Source of the DNA: Octopus vulgaris
Taxonomy: Eukaryota
DNA length: 64,000 nt
Reading direction: 5' to 3'
Assembly (NCBI GenBank): GCA_951406725.2
Contig: OX597833.1
Location: forward strand, 14,756,001 to 14,820,000
Numbering within the stretch: position 1 is the first letter of the stretch; each line of letters starts with the position of its first letter. Positions 52,627 to 64,000 of this stretch are shown here, in pieces. The notes under the pieces are model-generated. The model searched no databases. It was not told the origin of the DNA and saw only the letters and a list, made by a program, of their open reading frames with translations. Both the position numbers and the translations under genes were made by a program.

Positions 52627-53267
52627 TGGCAGCACAAGATCAAAGCTTGTTTACCAGAAATTACCAGGCTAACGTTCTCCGAAACGGTACTGACCCTAAA
52701 TGCAGATTCTGTGACACATTTGACGAAACAATAGACCATCTCGTTTCGGGATGTCCTGTGCTGACACCAAACGAATACAAAAATCGCCACGATAGGGTAA
52801 GACAGTATATACATTGGAAGATATGTAAACACTACAAATCCGACACTCCTGCTAACTGGTATGAACACCATCCTCAGCCAGTTGTTGAAGGTAAAGATGT
52901 CACCATCCTCTGGGATTTTCCAGTCAACACTGACAGAACGATCAAGGCTAATCGACCAGACATAATTGTGAAAGACAGGGAAGAAAATACCTGCAGACTA
53001 ATAGAAGTAAGCGTCCCCACTGATAAAAATGTATCTGTCAAGGAATTTGACAAACTTAGTAAATATAAGGACCTGGAAATCGAAATACAGAGGATGTGGA
53101 ATCTTAAAACAAAAACTGTTCCTGTTATTGTAGGTGCCCTAGGTATGATAAAAAAGGGATGTCAGAAACACCTAGACAATATCCCTGGAAAACCATGTCT
53201 CAAGGAAATCCAAAAGATTGTGCTAACAAGTACTGCCCACATCCTTAGAAAAACCCTATCAATGTAA
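52581..53267 (+). CDS. Polyprotein part 3: CCHC zinc knuckle + PD-(D/E)xK restriction-like endonuclease
   Basis: ETEGFIMAAQDQ, CRFCDTFDETIDHLVSGC, RHD, RPDIIVKD..IEVSVP, KLSKYKDL, PVIVGALG. Confidence 0.9.
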   Translation: MAEELWIEKETEGFIMAAQDQSLFTRNYQANVLRNGTDPKCRFCDTFDETIDHLVSGCPVLTPNEYKNRHDRVRQYIHWKICKHYKSDTPANWYEHHPQPVVEGKDVTILWDFPVNTDRTIKANRPDIIVKDREENTCRLIEVSVPTDKNVSVKEFDKLSKYKDLEIEIQRMWNLKTKTVPVIVGALGMIKKGCQKHLDNIPGKPCLKEIQKIVLTSTAHILRKTLSM

Positions 53268-53579
53268 ATGTTTGTGTTTGCATTACATGGAGATATATCT
53301 CTACTTCCCCTCCCCAAGCTTTCAGCTATATTTCAACAACTCTTAACCTTCACTTGCCCTAGGGCGCTGGGTGTGCTCCGGCAAGTGATTGCATCAAACA
53401 TGCAGATTAAAAGTAAATGACAATAATAATAATAATAATAATAATAATTTTGCCACAATTTTGAGAGAAGGAATAAGTTGATTTCATCTATCCCAGTGTT
53501 TCACTAATACTTAATTTATCGGCCCCGAAAGTATAAAAGCCAAAGTTGATATACCGCTAAGGATTTCCCCCGGCCTTGC

Positions 53580-54525
53580 CTGCCCGATTGAAGGAGGGTG
53601 AGTCGACTGACAGACAGATCCGTCCGACACGTGACTGTAGTTGTTCGTCATAACCTCACAAGTCAGGAATTTCTGGACACTGAACGAGGGCGTGCAGAAG
53701 GGCTTCGTCTGTTTGAGCTAACCTTGGACAAGTCCGTGCCGCAGCACATCCGTGTCTGTAGCGTTTATATCGGACCGGTAGCCCCCACCCACTCCCGTGA
53801 GCATTTCCAGGCTTATGGCGTCTCGGAATTATCCATGATAGTTCCCGACCGGAAAGTCCTCTGCTCCAGACTAGTCAGTTCGTTTTCATCGGTGCCAGAG
53901 ACTCCCCGAGAACATTGTCACACTTTCCAGCCACTTCCTAAAGCGGTGAATCCATCGATCCCATTGCCTGACTGGCAGAGGTTTGTGAGCACCTGACAAC
54001 ATTCTAGGTGCCAGGCACCCAACCTCGGTATTTTATTTACCCAGGACTATCAAAGAGACGAGATGCAGAAAGACGAGCCTCACAGAAGGAGCCCACACAC
54101 GCTCACCCTCAGAAATCGTTGGAGATGGCGTAACCTGAGATCGGGTCTGCGCATAAGGAGCCACGGTATAACTAATCCGCAACAGACTGACCGCCTGACC
54201 CTTGGAACGCGTCCCTTCGGGATAAAAGTGGCTACTCTGTTCGTCATCTCGTCTCAGTTCTTATCATTCTGGAAGTCGGGACCAAACCAGACCCCGAACA
54301 GTTCAACTGGTCCGTCGGTCCAGCGTCCTACGACGCTGTCCAATGTCATCGTTTTGCCTCTCCAGGATCCCAACCGCAAACCCACCGGTTTGTCCGGGTT
54401 GATGTCGCCCCTGCAACCGACTCGTATCCCTTTAGGATGGTGCCGATCATCTCAACTTCAGAGGAGTCCAACCACATGACGTTGACGTCACCTGCGTCTG
54501 TCGACACTGCCTTAACTCCTGTATT
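53580..54525 (-). pseudogene. Decayed Tx1/L1-clade LINE (RT C-terminus to CCHC)
   Basis: Minus strand: STDAGDVNV (YADDV), YESVAGA/INPDK, WTDGPVELFGVWFGPDFQ..KN*, CPRL..EALLHALVQCP. Confidence 0.8.
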
Positions 54526-55320
54526 CTTATTCACATATCCGGCAACACTTGTTGCTTACCGTGAAATATTACGAACTTGTTTCAGATTATTGTACTTCGA
54601 AAAGAGAAAAAAATCCGATAGTGTATAAGCATGGAAATGGCGCGTGTATTAATTTGCACGCATGTCATAGTATATATCTGTTTGTCCGCTAATCTACATC
54701 AGTCTGTTTGGTACCTGTTTGCTTTTCGCTATAAGTATCAACAGATTAAATATCAACTCATTAAACATATTGATTGCTAACTAGAAACAAATATGCTGTG
54801 AGGGAAAAGTGTGTTTAGTAAATGATTAATCACTGTTCATATTTCCGGAAAATACAGAAGTTTCTCTTATGTTTCCAGCCCGTATGTTAATTGCTAAGTT
54901 CAGTAATGGATTAATTGCTAATGACTTGATGCAGATGTGAAGTGGGAAAAAGAGTAGCTAATATATAAGTTCAGAAAAAAAGCCAAGGAAAACTAAAATG
55001 ATAATGTAAGTAAAGTTAAGCAACATGTCATCTAGAGGCATATATATATATATATGCACATAGACACGCACATTTTCATGCTCCCAAAATATACACACAC
55101 TCTTTCACAAACACAGAAGCCAACACAGAAGATAGATGAGAAAATAGACGCCCGACGGCTGAAGTGAAACATTTTACGTTGCTTAACTGAATGTGTTTGC
55201 GTTGATAAATTCATACGATTTTATACGCAGTAAAATATTAGTTTAGAGTGAATGAGAATTAGATGGCTAGAATTTTAAATTACAATTCATTATATAGAAA
55301 ATAGATAGGATACTTATTAA

Positions 55321-55830
55321 TGTTGAGATGGGTCAAAAGGTTTCCAGACTACTTATGTTTAATAAACAAATAGCTAATTTATTCTAAGTTTTACTATCAT
55401 CTTCGAAATAGTCATCTTGCGCAGTGATACGCCGGGCCGAGCGCTCCTGACACTTTTGGAATCTTGCCTGGAAGTCGTTTTCTGTGAGCGAGTCGAGGAC
55501 CACCCGCGATCCGCTCTGGATCGCGACAACGGTGTTAAGTCGACGATCTTTGAGTTGCTTTTTTATATTAGGGTAGAAATGGACGTCCGCAATTCCTAAA
55601 TTTGGCAAATAAGGCGGATGCCGAAGCAATACTCTGTCTTTGGCGAAAATCTCACGAGTAAGGCGGGCCCGGTGACAGGGTGTATGTCGTCATAAAGAAT
55701 CCAATTCTTCACGCTCCACTGATTCGTTCTATTTCACCAAATGTCCTCCCTCATAAATTTCAAAACGTCGCAGTAGAACTCTAGAATCACAGTCTGGTCC
55801 TGGAGAACAGATTCTCCACTGAGCGCACTG
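55321..55830 (-). mobile_element. Decayed mariner, 3' part
   Basis: HPPYLPNLGIADVHFYPNIKKQLKDRR..DYFE (HPPYSPDLAP motif); TIR-like ggtcaaaaggtttccagact. Confidence 0.85.
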
Positions 55831-56149
55831 GTGTTAAATCTAAGAGTACAACCACCTGTTTCGCTTCGAAGAAATTGTCAAGTGTCATTCTCGCAAACAC
55901 ATCGGTCGCAGTGCTCTTTTTAATCGCTTCTTCTAATTTGCTAAGATGTTCACCCTCTAATCTATTCGTTTCTATTGCTAAATCTTTGCTAAATGCTATC
56001 GATTACTGAACATACATTTCATTGAGCCGTCCTTTTCAGAAACGTTAACGGTTTTCACTTTGGTTAACACTAAATTAGCACCAAGCTCTGAATGATGCTG
56101 CATGTTTGTAGATTGCGGCCTTAAGAATATTATTCATCTACTGCCTTAA

Positions 56150-56203
<54 letters not shown>

Positions 56204-56289
56204 TAATAAATAAATAAAAAATAAAACATACGCATATATACATACATATATGTACGTACCTACCTCTACATGTATATATACATGCATAT

Positions 56290-56697
56290 ATGGGTACAGG
56301 ACACACAAAAAAAAACGTCGAACACAATGAGAAACGCAAACATAAACACAAAACCAAGGAAATGGACATTTTTCTTAAACAACGAAAAAATAGAGTACAG
56401 GTCATACAAAACAAGGAAAATTCCCCTTCTTCAGTCGCCTTTGTTTCATCAACTCCACGTTTCGAAGGTCAAGGCGATACATGACTTTGATGAAACAATC
56501 CCTCCCGCGAAAATCAAATTAAATAAAATTTGAGATTTTTTGGCGGAGGGGTAATAATGGTAACAAAAACAGGACAGTAACGACAGTACAAAATATAAAC
56601 AGTAAAAGACAGGACAAGGAGAATAACAGTAACACATACAAGAAGGGCTGTTAAGCCAAACGAGATAAAAATTTTTACGAACGCTATTTTTGAGAGT
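56290..56697 (-). mobile_element. Probable Penelope-like terminal fragment between TA-rich tracts
   Basis: Strand bias and ctgaaga / gaaacgt motifs like P families; no complete ribozyme fold found. Confidence 0.35.
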
Positions 56698-57300
56698 ATA
56701 TATATATATATTTATATATATATATATATATATGTTACGCTATAGATGGTCTTTTAATACTATTACACCAAGGGATATAAGGCACTGTACAAAATATCGG
56801 TCACACCAGAAATAATAGATTCCAAAAATACTTGAGAACAAGCGATTGTCGCTGTCACGGAATTAGATGTAACTTGAAGTTTTAATCTATACGATGCGAA
56901 TAGCCGAACATCTTTACACAATACGAATAATTGGGGATGCGATGATAATACAATCAATAGCATTTTTTTTGTTCTTTGGTATCGTTTCATTACAGGGGAA
57001 ATGTACTATTAGGGCAAGTAGATCAGGTGAGAAAATGACAGACACTGCACAATGCAGCATCATAATAAATATATGTGTATTTGGTTCACATCAAGCCGTG
57101 ATTAAATATACATTTCGTCTACTTAAGAGTCACTTTTATGGCAAAATATTCTGATTGATTTCTTCTAGCTCTTTATTTTCTGAATAAATGTCGACATAAA
57201 CGCAGTTTTGCTTTCGATAAAATAAGTACCATTTGAGTGGTAGAGTCCTGCCAAAATTGAAAACCAGTAAATTGTTACTAGCTTCCTTATTAGGATAGTG

Positions 57301-58012
57301 CAGGGAGGCCTGGCCAATTCTAATTATATGCGTGCCACTTCAATCGCAGAAAGTCTTTTGAGGGCCGCTTGTGTACTGACAGAATTGAAAGTATTTTGAT
57401 TTCTAATGCTATTATTACAGTAAGGAATCAATGATCGTTGATTCAGCATGAAATATCATCATCATAAAGCGGCAAGCTGGCAGAATCTGAGTTCCAATTC
57501 CGCCGAGGTCGACTTTGCCTTCCATCCTTTCGGAGTCGATAAATTAAGTACCAGTTTCACACTGGGGTCGATATAATCGACTTAATCCGTTTATCTGTCC
57601 TTGTTTGTCCCCTCTGTGTGTAGCCCCTTGTGGGTAGTAAAGAAATAGGTATTTCGTCTGTCTTTGTGTTCTGAGTTCAAGTTCCGCCAAGGTCGACTTT
57701 GCCTTTCATCCTTTCGCGGTCGATAAGTTAAGTACTAGTTTCGTACTGGGGTCGACCTAATCGATTGGCCCCCTTTCCCCAAAATGTCGGGACTTGTGCC
57801 GAGAGTAGAAAAGAATATAAAATATCATCGTTGAAAAAACAGTAGTATCTTTTTTTTTTTTGGACTTTTCATTACAACCTCTAATTTTTGATAAAATGTT
57901 TTAAATGTTTGCTTAAATAAACCCATTTCAAGAAAGTTTCAAGCGGGCCGCAAGATGAAAGTCTGAGGGCCGCCAGATGAAGTTTTGACTGGCATCAGGT
58001 TGGCCAGCCCTG
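57301..58012. mobile_element. hAT-like MITE with nested SINE C units (57468-57815, plus)
   Basis: Ends caggg..ctggccaa and ttggccagccctg, subterminal gggccgc repeats; no TSD recognised. Confidence 0.6.
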
Positions 58013-58869
58013 GTGTAGGGTACAGTAAGTTCGCAACCCTTTGAGGCCAACGTTATCCATGCAGATAAAGTTCCTTTAGAATCATAGAAAATTTTAGCAA
58101 ATTTTTCACTGGAAACTTAGATTTTATTTCGTCAAATAAGATATTGTAACATTATAATAAGGGGAAGAGCTCTGCAGAAGTGTTAACACATCAGACAAAG
58201 CAACTAGCAGTATTTATTCAGGCTTTAAATTGCCATCCCTATCGCGGTCGAAAAATAACCATACTTTGAACCCATATGATATGTGTTCTCATAGCTAGAA
58301 GGGGAAAATAAATTCCCCTGAAATCTTATTCCGTCTTAAACACGTCTTTAAACTTCGTTATGTAGTTTTAGATTTCATGTAAGTATAAAGGAAATGTGAT
58401 GTTGATAGCAATGAAAACAACTATGAAAACAGCGTAGCTGTCAAAGAGAGAATTTGTTCTTGAATTTAAACTTGAAATAAAAGGACATTCTACGATGATA
58501 TCACTTAATTTGTATTGTTTTTTGTCCTTTTAATAATAATAATTTTGAAATGCATGGTATTAAAATGACAAGCGAATATTATCCAATAAAATGTATGTTA
58601 ACACGAATATAAAAATAATCAAAAATGTGTCAGTAATTAATTTTATATTAGCTTCTTCGTTAAATATTCAAACAAAATCTTATCTCGTCATACAAGAAAT
58701 GACAGAATCATATTGTTAATTGTATTAGCGGTTCAGAACTGAAGATCTGGTTTCGTTATCGATGTTGTATTACTCGTTATACCGAAGTTTCAATAGAAGA
58801 TATGTAGGCCTGACTTCCACGTAAACCGATACATGCATAACAGCACAAATATATGTGTGTGTATATATA

Positions 58870-59136
58870 TATATTTGGATATTTGGGGTACTTAGGTCTG
58901 CTCACGACTTAGTGCTTGCTTTTTCCATGGGTATGAGTATTTCACTTATATCTCACGTATTTATCGCTGAAGAGGGGAAAATTCTTATGAATTAACCTCG
59001 AAATTGGGACCAATACGGTAATAACGGATTTTTTAGAAATTTCTATCGGTTTGTTTCGAGACGCATAAATTATAATGGTTATTGACAATTTTGTCTTTTT
59101 TTCGGCATATTTGGCATTAGAATTTTTCTTTTGCCC

Positions 59137-59138
<2 letters not shown>
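58870..59138 (+). mobile_element. Family P2 element, solo unit between (TA)n tracts
   Basis: Close copy of 31095-31365. Confidence 0.85.
58958..59023 (+). ncRNA. Minimal type I hammerhead ribozyme
   Basis: tatttatcg-CTGAAGA-gggg-..-cctc-GAAA-ttgg-ga-ccaa-TA-cggtaata; changes versus 31179 keep pairing. Confidence 0.8.
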
Positions 59139-59202
<64 letters not shown>

Positions 59203-60289
59203 TATATATATAATTATATATATATAATTTTTTCGTAATGAGATAAAAAAAATAAGGGTGTGTAGATTTTAGAACATTTGTAAATATGTTTTACAGGTGT
59301 TTCTAGGATATTTATTATATCCCTTCATCGGAGATGGTGTGAGAAGTTTAGCAATAGTTAATTTAGATAAGATGCGTTTCGTATACATAAAATACTACAA
59401 GCTGAGACACATACATATATGCACAAGCTGACACATAGATATATACACACACACGCATAAAACTGAGTGTAGACAGTGCTTTGAGGACGTTATTATAGAC
59501 AAAGCAGAAAATATTGCTTCAATTATTTTCAAGACGATTTAGTCATCTTGTAATAGAAATAAATAAATTCAAGATAATCTCTCACAATATTTGTTCAGGA
59601 AGATCATATGTATATATGCATACACAGCCGCATACACACACACACACACACACACACACGTATATATATATATATACATAATTATACATACATATATAGT
59701 TCATTCGAAGAAGTTAAGTCCTCATTGGGGATTATATAACCCAAGATATTCCACTGGTTCAATCCGTATCAAATAATGGTAAAGTCATTTGTATATGTTA
59801 AGGACTATTGAAATTTTTAATATTGAGGGAGAAAGAAGAGAAGGAAGAATAAATGGATACAATTTCTGATATATTTGCATGTTGTAGAAAGGTGACATTA
59901 AAAAAAAATCATTACTAATAAATAAGAATTTGAAAGCTCAAAATATTTAGAAAAATCGTAAGAAGAACCTACATATATGTCTCAGTCAAAGCAATGAGCA
60001 GATGGGAATCTCTAAACCGTGTTGATTAATGTCAAGGAAATATCACATTCATACTATTTTATGGTTGAACTTATTCAGGATTCAAAAAGACCTAAGTCCA
60101 CTTAGGTGATCATTATATCTTTTCAGGGAAGTGTGTAGTGTTATCAGGTTAAATTTAAAAACTATGTTTAGAGATTCTATTTGATTGGTAGGTTTAAATA
60201 TTTGAGTATGTATTATATACGTATGCAAAATTAGTCTAATTAGTAAACAGTTAAATAAATAGAAAAATAACAAAAATAAGATAGAATAA

Positions 60290-60632
60290 ATACGGCAACA
60301 TCAACGTCCTCTCAATGATTAGCCGGAGATTATTTTTAAAAATGAGAATATCTGAGATAAATTCGAGTGTTGTCGCGAACAAGAATACTAAAAATGAAAC
60401 CGACCACTCTCAAAAATTAAGTAGTAAAAACGGGAAAATAATCCATCGGGAATCCTTCCCAGGTACTGGATCGATACCCAAATCTAATCAGTTCGTGCCA
60501 GTCACGAGGCCGAACTTCCTTGAAAGTTTCATCTGAATCCATCCAGCGGTTCTTGAGATATATTGTCCACGGACAAACAAACAAACAAAAGCAACCGAAA
60601 ACGAATCCTCTGACTTAGCGAAGGCAGAGTTA
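60290..60632. mobile_element. Possible non-autonomous Helentron/HINE-like element
   Basis: aagtttcatctgaatccatccagcggttcttgagata, (CAAA)n, terminal hairpin ctctgactt-agcg-aaggcagag. Confidence 0.5.
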
Positions 60633-60916
60633 TAAATAAATTTAATACAAGAAGAAACTAAATTCTGTGGATGATTCTTATAGGTTTAGTTAGAGATACA
60701 TATGTTGGCATGATAGAGGATAGATAGAAATTTGAAAAAATGGTGTTGAAATACGTGACCAGAGGAGCTTATGTATCGACCGTTATTGATTAGGTTATTT
60801 AAGTGCAAATTTGAATGCAGTTGAGAGGTTAACATTAAAAGGATAGAAAAGTTCAAGTATATAGTGGCTCATAAATATTTTAACTGAGCATGTATGTGCA
60901 GAAAAAATGAATAAAT

Positions 60917-61088
60917 AGGCGCAGGAGTGGCTGTGTGGTAAGTAGCTTGCTAACCAACCACATGGTTCTGGGTTCAGTCTCACTGCGTGGCATCTTGGGT
61001 AAGTGTCTTCTGCTATAGCCCCGTGCCGACCAATGCCTTGTGAGTGGATTTGATAGACGGAAACTGAAAGAAGCCTGTCGTATATATG

Positions 61089-61119
<31 letters not shown>

Positions 61120-61337
61120 TTGTGTGTCTGTCTTTGTCCCCCTAGCATTGCTTGACAACCGATGGTGGTGTATTTACGTCCCCGTAAATTAGCGGTTCAG
61201 CAAAAGAGACCGATAGAATAAGTACTGGGCTTACAAAGAATAAGTCCTGGGGTCGATTTGCTCGACTAAAGGCGGTGCTCCAGCATGGCCACAGTCAAAT
61301 GACTGAAACAAGTAAAAGAGGAAAGAGTAAAGAGTAA
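60917..61337 (+). mobile_element. SINE family A, full length
   Basis: Near-consensus copy. Confidence 0.92.
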
Positions 61338-61499
61338 ATATATAGACATGCATATGAACATATGTATATGTGTGCACATAGATGCATGCGTATAGATAAG
61401 CGTAAAGCAGAAACATAAACACACGCATGCGCATATATAAAAAAAGCATATGCATACGTATGGAGATGGCTACAGAAAAAACACACGTAAACTAGTCGG

Positions 61500-61950
61500 G
61501 AAATGGACGAAATATAGCGGAAATGGGGTTAATAGGGAAAACAAGAGTTGGGTGGAGTTCTAATAGGTTTTTAATTTATAGGTAGATTATTAGGTTAAGT
61601 GAAATAGTAGATGCTTAAAAACCAAATTTGATTTGATATTAGTAATACTAGACGGTAGGTAGACCTGTGGAGGGACAGATTAAGCAAAGACAGATTAAGT
61701 AAAAAAGAAGAATACGTTGTTAATAGGTAATCAATAATACGGTTGTTAATAAGCTATAAATTACGTAAGGGTTCTACATAAGATGAAATTGCCGGTCTGC
61801 AAATCTTAATTCCGTCAAGCACACGACGGCCGACGCCCTATTTTGCTATACCCACCCAGCAGTAGTAATCTGTTTTCTTTGCTAAGGTTAATTCTTGAGT
61901 ACATAGGATTTCTTCCGATTTAGGCATCAAGTAAGCAATTTTAGAGAAAG
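61500..61950 (-). pseudogene. Possible Penelope-like RT remnant
   Basis: Minus strand YLMPKIG (cf. YxLPKIHK) followed by RPAISS (cf. RPIVS); otherwise decayed. Confidence 0.35.
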
Positions 61951-62044
61951 GAGAATGGGTCATAATTTAATACCAGCACTGAACTGGGGCTTATTTTATC
62001 GACTATGGAAGGACTAAACTTTGTGACTAAGCTAAACATACTCT

Positions 62045-62200
62045 TCTGTTTAACCGAGAAGATAGCTTTCGTGTGCAGCAGATGCACAGGGGCGATAAAC
62101 ACCACAGATGCTCAGAAAACAGATTCCATCACACACCAGAGGGAGAAACTAGAAATAGTTGATAGCTTCCATTACCTAGGTGACCAATTTAGTAGTAGGA
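62045..62200 (+). pseudogene. RTE-type LINE RT fragment
   Basis: FVCSRCTG..KLEIVDSFHYLGDQFSS. Confidence 0.75.
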
Positions 62201-62379
62201 GTTCTTCTTATTGTTGACATTCTCCTTTATTTTTGACTCTACACGCACACAAGCGTTCAGCCCACAGTGGCAGATAAGAAAGTGGCAATCGATCAAAGAA
62301 ATCGAAAGTGATTTCGATTGGAAATTTTACATTTCTGAATACGTGCCTCCCTCCTCGTTTCCCTCTGCCCTCTTTCGTT

Positions 62380-62435
62380 CTTTGTTTGTTTGTTTGTTTG
62401 TTTGTTTGTTTGTTTGTTTCTTTCTTTCTTCCTTC

Positions 62436-62501
<66 letters not shown>

Positions 62502-62520
62502 CTCTCTCTCTCTCTCTCTC
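62380..62520. repeat. (TTTG)n(TTTC)n(TC)n microsatellite
   Basis: Direct reading. Confidence 0.95.
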
Positions 62521-63350
62521 ACATACAAGTTTCCCTTTGCTAGGGTCGTTCGGCCCTGTTAAAACACGCACTGGTTGTAATTCACTTTTTTCTATTGTTA
62601 GAAAATGGCGTGAATCAGATCCAATGTAAGTATTTTTCAGGACACACCTGAATGTTACTACTAGAATAAGAACAGTCTGGGCAAAGTTTAGAAAGGTTCT
62701 ACCCCTACTGGACTAAACAAAACATGCTCTACTGATTCTGTCAAACCTACCACACTTCAGGCTAAACATAATGTAGTATTGAACGAGTTTCGATTAGGAG
62801 ACACACTGCCACAAATTCCGTCATAGTATCATAATATTATTAGAATCTATAATATTAATTTTCTAGCATTGGCTCGAGGCCACACGATTGCGGAACTGCG
62901 GTGTAGATCGATGATATTGATTGCAGCAGTTTTGCTGTATTATTGTTTATCGATCCGCGGAAAGATGAAAGGCAAATTTGTCATCGACGGGATTTGAACT
63001 CCAAATGTAAAAGGGCAGTAATGACGCTGCAATGATTCTGCTAATCCATCACCACCCTCAGCATCACCAACATTGATACCAATAATCTATTATTGATTAA
63101 CTGGTCGAATCGGATATAACTCGCCTCTTCCACTTCGCCAATACATTTCCAGAACAATCGAAGACGTTGATAATATATATCGTGGTGGAGCAACACTGCA
63201 CCAAGTGCTATTAAACAAGATGGAAAGCCACTCCGATGTTTCATATCAGCAAGCGATTTTTATATTTCTGTTTGAAATGCTTTCTTTTGACCAATGTCAC
63301 GTCTCTGAGAGAAATGCATAAATATCACAGCGGTTTTGTTTTTCTTCCCA

Positions 63351-63712
63351 TCTCTCTCTATATAAACGGCAGTTTGTCTGTGCGTGTTTCTGTGTGTCTG
63401 TTAGGTTCTACCCTCACCCTGACCACGGCTTTCAACCGATTCTGATGAAACTTGACACACACATAGCCCAATGTCATAATTCAAAACTAACGCAGCGAAA
63501 ATTTTGAAAAGTTCCCCCAGTTCTGAAAAAAATCGATAAATTCGACATGGGGTCGACAATCAGAAACACAAACCGCAACTCCACCTTTTTTAACTAAAAA
63601 AAATTACCATCATTTTCTTCCATTTTTTTGCTATTTTTTGGCTATAACTCTCTAAAAATGCTTTATAGTTATTTCCCTTACAAACCTGAGCAACGCCGGG
63701 CGATACTGCTAG
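63351..63712 (+). mobile_element. Non-autonomous Helitron H1
   Basis: a|TC start, hairpin then CTAG|t end. Confidence 0.9.
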
Positions 63713-64000
63713 TCTAAATATAGATCTTTCGTAAATAAGCGATTCAAATGCATCGGAAAGTTGATTATATTTCTTTGTAATATATTTATGTTGCATTTAG
63801 ATATTATATACTTAAGCAGGGGCTTAGAAGTAGGTAATAAAAAAAAACGGGAAAAAAATCTTACCAGAATCCTTAGGGAATGAGGACAATGAATAAGTCT
63901 TTTATATAAAGATATATAATTTGATTGATTTATTGTTCAGAGTCTCTGGAGTGTAAAAGGATAATATTTGTCTTTAATTTTCCTACCTGATATATTCCTG

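Larger units (their letters stand above)
49808..53447 (+). mobile_element. Dong/R4-clade non-LTR retrotransposon (RLE type), slightly 5'-truncated, in (TAA)n
   Basis: RT, CCHC knuckle and restriction-like endonuclease in one reading unit; (TAA)n on both sides; 3' UTR hairpin tcacttgcc/ggcaagtga at 53350-53388. Confidence 0.92.

Noticed and set aside
53598-54479. Plus-strand ORFs of 132 and 138 aa
   Set aside because: Shadow ORFs of the GC-rich minus-strand Tx1-like LINE.

Overview
AT-rich eukaryotic (metazoan) DNA dominated by repeats. The SINE families and very dense (TA)n/(CA)n/(CTAT)n/(ATAC)n microsatellites resemble an octopus (cephalopod) genome; this is an inference from memory of those families, not a search. 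No host protein-coding gene could be identified, and most ORFs in the track are microsatellite translations. The only long coding unit is a nearly intact Dong/R4-type non-LTR retrotransposon (RT + CCHC + restriction-like endonuclease, ~49.8-53.4 kb) sitting in a (TAA)n tract, broken only by two 1-nt frameshifts at homopolymers. The rest is at least four tRNA-derived SINE families, six non-autonomous Helitrons, a decayed Helitron helicase, mariner/maT/piggyBac/hAT remnants and RTE, Tx1, CR1 and Penelope-like fragments. The most interesting signal is a set of short, ORF-less, (TA)n-embedded elements, often in inverted pairs, carrying minimal type I hammerhead ribozymes. Three have a perfect core (30817-30882 minus, 31179-31244 plus, 58958-59023 plus) and several other families have variant cores. 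Coordinates were read by eye and repeat boundaries are approximate.
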